From the NCBI GenBank assembly GCA_030390025.1, contig CM059431.1, positions 118,608,001-118,672,000 of the forward strand: a stretch of DNA of 64,000 nucleotides, written 5' to 3'. The translations under genes were made by a program, and so were the position numbers. Each line of letters starts with the position of its first letter. Position 1 is the first letter of the stretch. This DNA comes from Squalus acanthias (taxonomy: Eukaryota). The notes under the pieces were generated by a model. It searched no databases and was not told where the DNA came from. It saw nothing but the letters and a program-made list of their open reading frames with translations. Positions 22,950 through 35,914 of this stretch are shown here, one piece after another.

Positions 22950-25509
22950 TTCAAATGTTAACTCAAAGCTCCCAGCTGATTGAGATATCTTCCCTTAAAC
23001 ACTCTCTAAACTGCATTTCCACCACAGATTCGGGATGCTGCAAGTCTTTACCTAAATCTCCATGCAGTCTGACCTCATTACCTCACTCACCATTGACAGA
23101 ATGCTTCTGTCCTCTCTACTTCACCTGCCATCTATTCCATCAGCATGGGTACACATTATACTCTCTCACCTTGGTCCTCAGAATCTGACCACGATCAGCC
23201 CCAGCACCAGCATCACCAGGAACACCAGCAGCACCAACAACCACACCAACCTTCTCCACAATCACCTGATGCTGCATGGAACAGAGGGCATCAGCACCTG
23301 ACCACATTGCTGCTCGGGACACCAGGGATGGCCTCACCATGGCCACATTTACTTCACTTGATGCTGCACACCCTGGCTGCAACATGATGTGCCAGTTTGG
23401 CACCACCCCACACTAACAACATAAAGCATCCCTACAATGCCCAAGCAGTTCCTTTCATACTCCTCAGCATTGCGGGGGGTGCCGTTATGTCTCACCATTC
23501 ACTACAACTCAGTAAGCCACTTCCCAAGGTGCACACAAATCTGTCCAAGAAAGCAGAGTGTTGAAAATAAAGGTTTCAATGTTTGACAGCACATTACCAG
23601 AAACTTCACATGATCATTGGCTGAAACACCCTTGTGTTGAAGGGATAATTACCAGTCCTAGCCCCTTTAGGGCTTCCCCAGATCAGGCGTATTCCTCAGG
23701 CGTTCACTTTCAACTAAAGTTTGAGGTAGCCGAATCCTAAAGACGCTTAATTGGGTCTAAAGATCTGGACCATCTCTCCCTAAAGGAAAGGAACAACCTG
23801 AAAATGTTACCGTCCTCCAGATAGCACTTTCAATAAGTTTAGCTAGACTGTAACATTCCGGATATTATGAGGGTCCGGAAAACTCCCCCAGAATTCTGCA
23901 ACTCCTCACCAAAGAGTGTACAGAGATTGAGTTTGCGAGTTTGATACAGAAGTCTTGTGAGAGAATTCTAAAAATAAATAGATTTATTAAAGAACCGACA
24001 TGTCATTTACAGTTGGTGAGTCTATCGCAACATTAACAGTTCCAAAAAGAGAAAGCTTTACAATCTTATTATCAGAGATCCTTACTCTCAAATCTTAACT
24101 TCGCTACAGTTTTACAGTTCTTAGTCTTATTCAGGATATCCAACAAAATCAAATACAGTACCTTTGATCCCCGAGATACAAAGAGTTGTAGACTTACAGA
24201 GCCTGCCTCTGAAGCCAAGAATCGCTTTGCCCCTTTACAGCGAATCTACTATCCTATTTGAGAGTTCAATATTTATACCCTTTTCCAGTGGTATTCCCTT
24301 TAAGATTTTCTGCTGATGTAAGCTAATTATCTCTAGTCATTTTTCTGCTGACTTCTGCAATTCTTACAGTCACCTCAGCTGGTAGCAATACAGAATCATG
24401 TCTCTCCTCTAGGTGTTCCAAGCTTACCATAAAAAACGGTGTAACAGCAGGTGCGTTTTATTTGATGTAATTTTTACAAAGGCATATGTTTGTGCTTCTT
24501 TACGAAGTGTCAATTAGAACACCTTAACCAGGGTGAACCATTGTTTGTTCCCAAAGATTCAGACTGTCGGGAGCCTTTAACCTTCTGTTTCAATAAGGTT
24601 ATTGATTCAGTGTCAACAGCTATCTCATCTCTATAGCCAGAAAGCTATCACAGCTTTTCATAGTTAGGTTTCTAGATTTCCAGACCTAGTTTGTCATGTT
24701 TTAATAAGGCCAGAATACTTTCATAGAATGGTGTATTTTTCTGAATAGGTTTTATGGCTTATTCCTTCACAGTGTGTTGTTAGTTGGTATGATTGTACTA
24801 GGATGAGGGTGAGTGTGAGGGGTAGCTATTGAAATGGGGAAGTAATAATGTAGATAGAGAGGGATGGGTGAAGATGCAAGGTAAGTTGGTGTGAGTAAGG
24901 ATGTGCAGCAGTAGGGTAGGGAAGGCTGAGTGATGGGGATGTGATGAGTGGCACAGGAGGATGAGGTTGAGTGTGATTTTGTACTAACGTTTCGTGATCT
25001 ACTGAGATAATTGAAAGATTTGCACCACTGCAACCTGGCCCTTCTGACAACATCCCTGCTCGTGCCCTCCTGTTTAATGTGCAACCGGGCTGCGTTGGTC
25101 TCTTGGGGAGGTCTCTTCCACCCATTGGAAGGGAAGAGAACCTCCCTGCATGCTGTGACTTCCTCCATAAGGATATGGAGGGAGTAAGGGGAGAGCCTGG
25201 GTGCAGCTGTGCACCTCTGTACAGTGTTTGTCAGTGTTTGCAGCACCTTAATGCCGTAGATCACTGACAGCACAAATGTCGAAGCAAATTTGTGCTTGAT
25301 CCCTTTAAGGAAACCGGCTGATGACTCGTCATCAAATGACGTTATCAGACCCGTTTCTTTCAATTGGCCGGGTAACTCGCTGGGCGGGCTTAACAAGCCC
25401 AATCAGGGGAAAGTCATGTAGGATGCCGGGATGCAGACATCAGCGGGGCAGGGACCCGCCACCGACCTCGACCGCCACGGACCTGCCGAGATAGGGAAAA
25501 TCGCAGCCG
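22950..25509 (-). mobile_element. Non-autonomous Harbinger element with a Myb exon remnant, interrupted by an LTR
   Basis: Inverted paralogue of 41222-42923; APRLSPYSLHILMEEVTACREVLFPS...RARLQWCKSFNYL. Left boundary approximate. Confidence 0.75.
23638..24771 (-). mobile_element. Solo LTR
   Basis: TG..CA termini and 4-bp TSD GTGT (23634-23637, 24772-24775). Removal restores the paralogous empty-site sequence seen at ~41945-41965. Minus-strand AATAAA near 23983. Confidence 0.8.
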
Positions 25510-25512
25510 AGG

Positions 25513-25782
25513 TGTTGGTTAAAGGATAAATATTGGCTTGAACACCAGATAGTACTCCTCTGCTTTTCTATTGAAATAGTGCAATGTGATCTTTTATGTC
25601 AACTTGAGCGGGCAGGTCCACAGTTTAACATCTCACCTGAAAGACGGCACCTCCGACAGTGCAACATTCCCTCAGTACTGCAATGGAATCTCAGCCTAGA
25701 TTTTAGGCTCAAATGCCTCAAGTTGGACTTGAACCCAAAACCTTCTGACTCAGAGGGGAGAGAGCTACCACAGCTGACACTT
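25513..25782 (-). mobile_element. Deu-domain SINE, 5' half
   Basis: Reverse complement of the SINE core and tRNA-like head. Confidence 0.7.
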
Positions 25783-28139
25783 GCTAAGCTTCAAAGAAGG
25801 AGATGGCATAAATGGTTTTATAAAAGATTCTGAATTATTAAACTATCATAAGTAGAACAAAGAGGTCTGGGCTCAGAAACTCATACTATCACTTAATGGT
25901 AAAGCACTCAAAATTTGCATTTCATAAAATATTTAAGCTGCATGTTGTTATGGATTTGCTCCAATTGTTCCTCTCTTCTTTCTCTTTAACTCTTCATCCT
26001 TTTGCATTTTATTTTCTGGATCCAAAGGAGAGTGCAGACCATGGGATAGTTAAGTCTATAACTATGATAAACCTACAGGCGTCATTGTTCCCATTCACTT
26101 ATGTATTCTTACTGAAGCATGTAGCCAAAGAAGTTGTGAAAAGATCTGCATATGGTACTTGGAAGGAATTAGTCATTGCACTAGAGGATATTTGAAAATG
26201 TTGCCTAGATAGGGAGAATATAACCAATTAAACGGTCTTGTCCATTAATATTAAGAAATTAAGCTCTGGAAGCAGTTCCAGATGATCTAAGGACGCAAGG
26301 GCCAATGTTCCTGTCCCTTGCTATGAGAAACGCCCATTCTCCACCCCACCCTGACCGCCCGCCCAACGGAAAGGTGAGGAAAAATGGGGCAGAGACCTGT
26401 TTTGCTGGGTGTTCACCCCTATTATGTTGTCTTATGGTTTTCCAGGCTTTTCTGGGGAGGCAGAGATTGACTTGTGCCTACAGAAAGTGCAGGTCAGATC
26501 TATGTTACAATTGGGCATTCTTGGCTTCCCACCTTATTTTCTAGCGTGAATGCTTGCTGAGTTTCCCCGCACAGAGATACCCAGAAAACATAGTGCTGTG
26601 GCTATCCCGAGCTGCTGCATGGTTGGTGGGTCGTTGAGAGTCCCGGGGATGGACTGACTCCAAAGTGAGTGACTCTTGTTTAATTTGCAATCCCCTCCAC
26701 ACTGAGGATGTCTAAGTCTAATTGGACTCATCTGGATGCCGTTCACCAAGGCCAGATATGCAGCTAGAGGCTTCATGTTCTTGCCCCTTCTGTGAAAACT
26801 AGGCCCTGCCAGAGATCTGACCTGTGCTGGGGATTCTCCCGAGCCATGCAATTGACCCACAACAGGAATTTTTTGCACTGCAATTCAGGTGCGCTGCTTC
26901 TATCCAGTGGGGATAGAGACAGGGCAGAAAAAACTGAACAATTGTTCAGGAGTCTCAGACCCTGAGGCGGTTAGGCAAATGAACTGATCATTTTGTCTGA
27001 CCACACAAGCATTGGATGGTCCCGGCACATAAATGGGTGGTCAGATTATTTTCCACTGGTTGGCTGCAGGGTGACCCACTCAGCCATGTATGTGCCCAAG
27101 AGCTGTGAGGAGGTGCACTGCAGAATAGAATCTCAGTGATCTTGGATGATCCAACTATAACAGAGTGGGGTACAAGGTGGGCACTTTCTGGTCCAGTAAA
27201 TGGGCAGGATTCCAGTTGGGAAGACCAAATCCAGTCATGAGGCATGAGACCACTGAGTGCGCCATGTATCCAATTGATGCCATTTCTACACTCAGCGTGT
27301 GATTCAGGATCGTTAAGTCTCTACTTACTGTAAATCTATAGGTGTCATTGTTTCTGTTCACTTATCTATTTACTGGGTAATAAATTTGTCAGTTTATAGA
27401 CCAATACATAGTCTAGTGAAGTGCTTATCCTACCATATCTGAACTCTAGCAAGATCAAGTGAGGGTAAGTGATACAATAGCGTAAATAGAATGATAAGGC
27501 TTTTCTATTCAATCCCTGGGCTTGCTATTAATCACCTTTATTTTGGCCTCACCTGCAGAAATGGTCTGTTTTTTTCATTTCTTAAATTTTTTTTAATTAA
27601 TATAATTTATAAATGTTTCCTGTTATATTTAAATACACATTACTGAAGAGGTAAGTAGTTTCCAAGCCATTATTTTTCTCTGCAGTCTAATATGTCTAGC
27701 TTGTAAGATACATTATAAAACTGTACTGTAAAGACTGCCATGATGTTGGCACTATTAGGTATCAATTGATGTGAAAACCCATCTTTTAAGGTTATTCAAT
27801 GTTATGCTTTTGGGTTCTCTTTATTCATTTTTTACTTGAAATATGTTTGGCTTACTTGCTTCATTGTATGTGGACCCTAGCTCCCAATGTCCCAGATACC
27901 TCGATAAGTTCACAGCATGCCAAAGGAAATTAAAACAAAACACGTTTCAGTTTAATTCAGCTATTAGTTTAATCGCTTGCCCTCATTTGATCCTCCTTGT
28001 CTTGGGAAGACAGCAGAATAGTACTGTACGAAACTTTGACTAAGGTTTTAACTGCCAACAATTAAATAATAGCAGTAACACAACATATATTTTACAGTAA
28101 TTGTTAACCTTAGCTAGCACCCCCTGTAGTAGTAATATT

Positions 28140-31100
28140 GGCCCAGATTTTGGTGGAGCTGTGCATCTCGAAGCTTGTGGATTTCGGTCTGGTTTTATTG
28201 GAGGTTTTTTCAACCTGGTAGAGGATTTTATTTAATTTTAGTTAGACTTGTTTGCACATGTTTAGGTTTTAAAAGTTATTGCCCACAAAGTTGCTGGAAG
28301 TGCGAGCTGATAATGGTGCAACGAGGGCAACAGGGCATCTGGGACCTTGGTGAACAATGGGACACACAGGGTATCTCCTTAACTAATGAGATTAAAGGAT
28401 TGAGAATTAAACAGAAAGGAGAGTAAATTAGAGTGGGTGATTTCAATGTCAAATCAGGTGAAGGAAGAGAAATAAAGGAAGGGAAAGAAAGATTGGACTA
28501 AGAGAGAGAGAGAAGAAAGAGACAGAAAGAAAAAGAAAAATAAAAGAAAATTTGTTATTTTCAAAATCTCCATGAACTGGAACTGAAACTGAAGGCTAAA
28601 AATTTGATTAAGCATGAAAACGGGCGCAGGGTTAACAATGCGTGATCGGCCTGCGTCCATTCCAAGTAATGCAGACAGCACCTAACCTTCTTGCTGCCTG
28701 CTAAATACCATGATTGCTGCATTCAGTCCAGTGCTGAGCACACTGCGGAGTGGCTGAACGCTCAGCAGGGGACCAAAGTTCGTGCGAGGCTCGCTCTATT
28801 TAAAGCAAGCCTCCACGTCTTAAAAGCAGTCTGCATCTCTTAAAGTTGAGGTGCATTCTGCATTCAGCACCTAATGCAACTGCTTGTGATGGCAACTACG
28901 AGTGAATAATGGCTCAGGGCAGAGAAAGGTCACCAAGGCTTTCGGACGCAGCACTAGAGGCTTTAGTGCAGTGGGTAAAAAGGAGGTGACAGGTCCTCGC
29001 ACTGCAGGGGGCCAGGAGGCCCTTTACGCACACAATGAGAAGGCAGTGGGAGCAGATAGCCAAAGTGGTCACTGCCAGCAGTCTTGCCCCGAGGACCTAG
29101 AACAAGTACCCAGACTGCTACCGGCCATGCTGTGGCGGTGCAGTACACAGCTGCGCCTTCTAGGCCCAGAGCTGCTCGAGGTCATCCTGCAAGGCCATCT
29201 GCAGTATTGCCCACTGAAAACCAGCAGCCTTCCGCCAGCCATGCTGCAGCCACTGGGGTAGCACTTCGTAGGAACACTAGAACGGGCAAAGGCACACAGA
29301 AGACAGGCACTAAAGGAATGCACAAGGGTGATTTGTTGACTTTGTTATGTAATATTGGATTGATTGATTTATAAATTTGATTTGGAATATTTATTTTGTG
29401 GTAGCTTTCACTTCAGCATTGTGGCCAAGAGGATGCTGCGATGTTCTGTGACAGAGGAATGGTAAAGTGTGCAAGTGTTGAGCAATGGAGATCTGGGGTT
29501 TCATTCAGGGAGCCAGAGTTTAATGATGCACTCACGGACAGCCCATCCAATACGTGGATGTGCAGGCTTCCTCCTCCCTTCCTCCTCCTCCTCCTCCTCC
29601 TCCCCCTGAGGTGGTTGCGGAACCCATGGTGGCAAGGGCTGCGCCCTCATGATGGCCAAGTTGTGGAGGATGCAGCAGACCACCAAGAATTGGGGCACTG
29701 CTCCAGCGAGTACTGGAGGGCTCCTCCCAAGCGGTCAAGGCAGCGGAACCGTTGCTTCAGCACCCCAATGGTCTGCTCGATGTTGTTCCTCATGGCAGCG
29801 TGGCTCCCATATGAATGCTGGCCATGAGTGGTGGGGGTTGCGGAGGGGAGTCATCAGCCAGGTGTCGAGCGAATAGCCCTTGTCTCCAAGCAGCTACCCT
29901 CGGGTTCAACGTGGTGGTTGGAAGATTGCTGGCACAGCGGACTGGCGCAGGATGAAGTCATCATGACTGCTGTCAGGATAGCGGGCATTCACCATCATGA
30001 TATGCTGGGCGTGATCGCACACCAACTGCACATTAAGTGAGTAGTACCCTTTGCGGTTACGGTACGTCTCACCATTGGCGCCCACAAAGCCACGTGTGTG
30101 CAGGCGATGGCACCCTGCACCATGGGAAAGCCCACTTTCCTGGAAATCCCACATGCGCACTCCTCCTGCTTCTCTCTCTTTAGAGAGAAGACAATGAAGT
30201 CTCCTCTCCTAATGTACAGAGCCTCTGTGTCCTCTCAGATGCAGCGATGGACGGCGAACTGCGAGATGTTTGTTATGTCGCCTGTTCCAGCCTGGAAGGA
30301 TCCGCTGGTGAAAATTTCAGGGCCATGGTCACCTCGCAGGCCACTGCCAGCGCCATCATCGCCCTGCTCCGAGGCTGTAGGTCAGGTTCCAAGGGATGGC
30401 AGAGTTCAGTGACCACCTTTTTGGTGAAGTGGAGCCACCGAACACACTGCTCCTGGCTTAGATGCAGGTAGGAGAAGTGCTCCCTGAAGACTCTAGTTGG
30501 GTAAGGCCTCCTGCTGAGAACCCTCCTCCTCTTCCTCCCTCTGCAAGCAGCTTGTCTTCTTTGTTGCTTCGGCTCCATCTCCCTGTCATGCTGCAGCGCA
30601 AGTCCCCATGACTGGGAGCAAGTGGTGTACTCAAAGGCCTGCCAGTCGCAGCCAATGCCTTCGCAACCTCCAGCAACATACCCTGCACGCTTTAACAATT
30701 TTTGAAATCTCTTACAACAACCCAGTACTCCTACAAATACTGCAAGAGCCAGTACAAAAGCAATAAGCAATTTACTTGCAAGTTGGATGTATCCCTTTAA
30801 GTAGCACTGGTGGGGGTGGTCCCTCATGCAGCTGAACGCACCTTCAACTGTGTGTGTTTAGGAGAGGGCGTTGAATGGAGCGGCAACTTCGAAAATGGCA
30901 GGTCATGCGCCCAATCAGCGTTACATGCTGATAAACGTCACGATCTGCCTACTCTGCATACTGCCAGCGCACGCATGTACCACCCTTGCTGTCACCCTCA
31001 CCAAGATGGCGAACAGCGCAGGATGCGCCGGAGTTGGACAGAAGCGAGGTGGACACCATTTTTTGAAAAGGAACTGGCTAAAAGTACCGGCGCTACGGAG

Positions 31101-31447
31101 GGGAATTTCAAGGCCTGAGACTCCACACTTAGAATTGTTCACTTTCTGGGCAAGACAGGCTGTTTGGCAGTCATTAACAATTATCATGTCATTAAATGGG
31201 TACTTATACTGTTAGTTACCAGACTTAACTTTCTGTGACATGTTTAATGGGCAATTAATGCGTAATTGCAGCGACTTCATGAAACTTACAGGGAGGTTAA
31301 GTCCGGAGTGGTGCAAATCGGATAGCAACTTGTGGCGATTCGTAATTCACGGGGTATCTCTTCATCGCTGAAGAGTTGCTGCCGATTTGCACATTAATAA
31401 TGCCGTGGGCCAGTCAGACGCTGTTATTTTTCAGCAACATCTGTCCC
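28140..31447. mobile_element. Older MITE-like element hosting a nested Harbinger
   Basis: Imperfect terminal inverted match GGCCCAGATTTTG / CAACATCTGTCCC. Confidence 0.4.
28593..31115. mobile_element. Degenerate Harbinger element (Myb remnant on + at ~28910-29320; transposase remnant on - at ~29500-30610)
   Basis: RRPYPTRVFREHFSYLHLSQEQCVRWLHFTKKVVTELC, RKGYYSLNVQLVCDH, CCILHNL; imperfect TIRs AGGCTAAAAATT / AATTTCAAGGCC with TGA on both flanks. Confidence 0.8.
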
Positions 31448-31901
31448 AATAAATTGTTCTCAACAGCTGTGCTGAACTATGATGTATGTAATATTCTTAC
31501 ATACTAATTATTTTCCTTTTCTCACTGCCTATGGAAGTAATCTGGTCTGAAAGTTTCAGGCAGACTCCCTGATTTGAAGAAGACAGGTCGATATGTGCCT
31601 TCAAAAATGTGGGACCAAGTTGATTTCAATATCTGTCTTTGATTATTATTTTAGAAAAAGCTGCCAATCCAACACATATTTCAACAGAACCCATAAGATA
31701 TTAAGAACATAAGAACATAAGAAATAGGAGCAGGAGTAGGCCAATCGGCCCTTCGAGCCTGCTCCGCCATTCAATAAGATCATGGCTGATCTGATCCTCA
31801 CCTCAAATCTAAAGAACACAAGAAGTAGGAGCAGGACCCGGCTACTCAGCCCCTGGGCCCGCTACGCCACCCACAGGGCCTCGACCGATCCGAACTCAGC
31901 C

Positions 31902-34852
31902 TCATGTCCAATTTCCTGCCCGCTCCCCGTAACCCCTAATTCCCTTTACTTCTAGGAAACTGTCTATTTCTGTTTTAAATTTATTTAATGATGTAGCTTC
32001 CACAGCTTCCTGGGGCAGCAAATTCCACAGACCTACTACCCTCTGAGTGAAGAAGTTTCTCCTCATCTCAGTTTTGAAAGAGCAGCCCCTTATTCTAAGA
32101 TTATGCCCCCTAGTTCTAGTTTCACCCATCCTTGGGAACATCCTTACCGCATCCACCCGATCAAGCCCCTTCACAATCTTATATGTTTCAATAAGATCGC
32201 CTCTCATTCTTCTGAACTCCAATGAGTAGAGTCCCAATCTACTCAACCTCTCCTCATATGTCCACCCCCTCATCCCGGGGATTAACTGAGTGAACCTTCT
32301 TTGTACTGCCTCGAGAGCAAGTATGTCTTTTCTTAAGTATGGACACCAAAACTGTATGCAGTATTCCAGATGCGGTCTCACCAATACCTTATATAACTGC
32401 AGCAATACCTCCCTGTTTTTATAATCTATCCCCCTAGCAATAAAAGCCAACATTCCGTTGGCCTTCTTGATCACCTGCTGCACCTGTATACTAACTTTTT
32501 GATTTTCTTGCACTAGGACCCCCAGATCCCTTTGTACTGCAGTACTTTCCAGTTTCTCGCCATTAAGATAATAACTTGCTCTCTGATTTTTCCTGCCAAA
32601 GTGCATAACCTCACATTTTCCAATATTGTATTGCATCTGCCAAATCTCTGCCCACTCACCCAGCTTGTCTATATCCCCTTGTAGGTTTTTTATGTCCTCC
32701 TCACTTTCTACTTTCCCTCCCATCTTTGTATCATCTGCAAACTTTGATATGTTACACTCGGTCCCCTCCTCCAAATCGTTAATATAGATTGTAAAGAGTT
32801 GGGGACCCAGCACCGACCCCTGCGGAACACCACTGGCTACTGGTTGCCAGTCCGAGAATGAACCATTTATCCCAACTCTCTGCTTCCTGTTAGATAACCA
32901 ATCCTCCACCCATGCCAGAATATTACCCCCAATCCAGTGATTTTTTATCTTGAGCAATAATCTTTTATGTGGCACCTTGTCGAATGCCTTCTGGAAGTCT
33001 AAATACACTACATCCATTGGTTCCCCTTTATCCACCCTGTACGTTATGTCCTCAAAGAACTCAAGCAAATTTGTCAGACATGATTTCCCCTTCATAAAGC
33101 CATGCTGACTTTGTCCTATCAAATTATGTTTATCTAAATGTTCCGTTACTGTCTCCTTAATAATAGACTCCAAAATTTTACCCACCACAGATGTTAGACT
33201 AACTGGTCTATAATTTCCAGCTTTCTGCCTACTACCCTTTTTAAATAAGGGTGTTACATTAGCAGTTTTCCAATCTGCCGGGACCTTTGCTGATTCCAGG
33301 GAATTTTGGAAAATTATTACCAAAGCATCCACAATCCCTATTGCCACTTCCCTCAAGACCCTAGGATGTAAGCCATCAGGTCCAGGGGATTTATCCGCCT
33401 TGAGTCCTATTATTTTACTGAGTACCAATTCCTTAGTGATTTTAATCGTATTTAGCTCCTCCCCCCCTAGAGCCCCCTGTTTGTCCAGTGTTGGGATATT
33501 CTTAGTGTCCTCTACCGTAAAGACTGAAACAAAATATTTGTTCAGCATTTTTGCCATCTCCATGTTTCCCACCATTAATTTCCCGGTCTCATCCTCTAAG
33601 GGACCTACGTTTGCCTTAGCCACCCTTTTTCTTTTTATATAACTATAGAAACTCTTGCTATCTGTTTTTATATTTTTTGCTAATTTATTTTCATAATCTA
33701 TCTTACCTTTCTTAATCAATCCTTTAGTTACTTTTTGCTGTCTTTTGAAGACTTCCCAATCTTCTATCCTCCCACTAAGTTTGGCTACCTTATATGTCCT
33801 TGTTTTTAGTTGGATACTATCCTTAATTTCTTTACTTAGCCACGGATGGCTGTCATTTCTTTTACACCCTTTTTTCCTCAGTGGAATATATTTTTTTGAA
33901 AGTTGTAAAATAACTCCTTAAATGAACACCACTGCTCATGTACCGTCTTACCCTTTAATCTATTTTCCCAGTCCACTTTAATCAATTCCGCTCTCATACC
34001 ATCATAGTCTCCTTTATTCAAGCTCAGTACGCTTGTCTGAGAACCAACCTTCTCACCCTCTAATTGGATATGGAATTCAACCATGTTATGGTCACTCATT
34101 CCAAGGGGATCCTTAACTAGGACATTATTAATTAATCCTGACTCATTACACAGGACCAGGTCCAAGGTTGCTTGCCCCCTTGTAGGATCAGTTACATACT
34201 GCTCAAGAAATCCATCCCTAATACACTCAATAAACTCTTCCTCAAGGCTGCCCTGCCCAATTTGATTTGTCCAGTTAATATGATAGTTAAAATCCCCTAT
34301 AATTATAGCTGTTCCCTTATTACATGCCCCAACTATTTCCTGATTAATACTTCTTCCAGCAGAGTTGCAACTATTAGGAGGCCTATATACTACTCCCACT
34401 AGTGTTTTTTTCCCTTTATTATTCCTTATCTCCACCCAAACTGTTTCATTATCCTGATCCTTTGACCCAATATCATTTCTCTGTAATACAGTGATTCCTT
34501 CCTTTATTAACATAGCTACCCCACCCCCTCTTCCTTCCTGTCTGTCCTTCCTGATTGTTAAATACCCTGGCATATTTAATTCCCAGTCGTTGTCACCCTG
34601 CAGCCATGTTTCTGTAATGGCCACAAGATCATACCCATACGTAGTTATTTGTACCGTCAATTCGTCTATTTTGTTACGAATGCTGCGTGCATTCAGATAA
34701 AGAACTTTTAAATATGTTTTGTGACAATTTTTTCCTGCTTTTACCCCCTTTACTACTTTACCTTTATCTTTATATATTCTGTCCCTTCCTGACACGCTCT
34801 GGTTTTTAATTACCCCACTGCTACTTTGCTCTATTGCCTTCTCCGCTGACAT
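31902..34852 (-). CDS. CR1 ORF2: APE endonuclease + reverse transcriptase (983 aa if one A is restored in the A7 run at 33891-33897)
   Basis: YLNARS, ITETWL, GGGVA, YRPP, GDFN, LDLVL, SDHN (APE); NYRPVSLTS, DFQKAFDKVPH, GVPQGSVLGP, KFADD (RT). The frame is open from the A-run into ORF 31902-33719 (KKYIPLRKKGCKRNDSHPWLSKEIK...). Confidence 0.9.
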
Positions 34853-34890
34853 TTTTATTTTTTGCTCTCTTGAAACCTCCCCCCCACTAA

Positions 34891-35847
34891 TTAGTTTAAA
34901 GCCCTCTCTACAGCCCTAGTTATTCGATTCGCCAGGACTCTAGTCCCAGCACTGGCCAAGTGAAGTCCGTCCCAACGGAACAGCTCTCTCCTGTCCCAGT
35001 ACTGGTGCCAGTGTCCCAGGTAGCAAAACCCATTTCTCCCACACCAGTCTTTGAGCCACGCATTTAACCCTCTGATTTTATTTACCCTAGCCAAATTTGC
35101 TCGTGGCTCAGGTAGTAATCCAGAGATTACTACCCTAGAGGTTCTTTTTTTTAATTTGGCCCCTAGCTGCTCATACTCCCTCAGCAGAACCTCATTCCTT
35201 GTCCTATCTATGTCATTGGTACCAACATGGACCACGACAACTGGATCTTCCCCCTCCCACTCCAAGTTTCTCTCCAGCCCAGAGGAGATGTCCTTAACCC
35301 TGGCACCGGGCAGGCAACATAGCCTTCGGGACTCTCGCTCTCGGCTGCAAAGAACCCTATCTATCCCCTTAATGATACTATCCCCTACCACTACAACATT
35401 TCTTTTTACTCCCCCCACTTGAATGGCTCCCCGTACCACAGTGCTGTGGCCAGGTTGCTCATCCTCCCTGCAGTCCCTGCTCCCATCCTCACAGGGAGTA
35501 AGAGCCTCGAACCTGTTGGACAAGAGCAAGGGCTGCGGCTCCTCCAACACTACCTCCTGGATCCCCGTACCTGCCTCACTCGTAGTCACACCCTCCTGTC
35601 CCTGATCATGGGCTACATCTGAATTAGTTAATCTAATTGGTGTGACTACCTCCTGGAACACAGAGTCCAGGTAACTCTCCCCCTCCCTGATGTGTCGCAG
35701 TGTTTGAAGCTCGGACTCCAGCTCATCAACACGGAGCCGGAGTTCCTCGAGCAGCCAACACTTACTGCAAATGTGATCATCGTGAACATCAATGGTGTCC
35801 TCCAGCTCCCACATATTGCAGCAGTAACACATCACCTGCTCTCCCAT
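34891..35847 (-). CDS. CR1 ORF1: N-terminal Cys zinc finger + coiled coil + SGNH/GDSL esterase-like domain
   Basis: CYCC..CSKC, LEELRLRVDELESELQTL, VVVGDSII, PGA, HVGTND, DGLHL; 318-aa open frame. Confidence 0.92.
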   Translation of the reverse strand: MGEQVMCYCCNMWELEDTIDVHDDHICSKCWLLEELRLRVDELESELQTLRHIREGESYLDSVFQEVVTPIRLTNSDVAHDQGQEGVTTSEAGTGIQEVVLEEPQPLLLSNRFEALTPCEDGSRDCREDEQPGHSTVVRGAIQVGGVKRNVVVVGDSIIKGIDRVLCSRERESRRLCCLPGARVKDISSGLERNLEWEGEDPVVVVHVGTNDIDRTRNEVLLREYEQLGAKLKKRTSRVVISGLLPEPRANLARVNKIRGLNAWLKDWCGRNGFCYLGHWHQYWDRRELFRWDGLHLASAGTRVLANRITRAVERALN

Positions 35848-35914
35848 TCTATGTAATTAATTAAATTTATTATTATTTACCCTTTAATTAATTTAAATTA
35901 AAACAATACACTTC

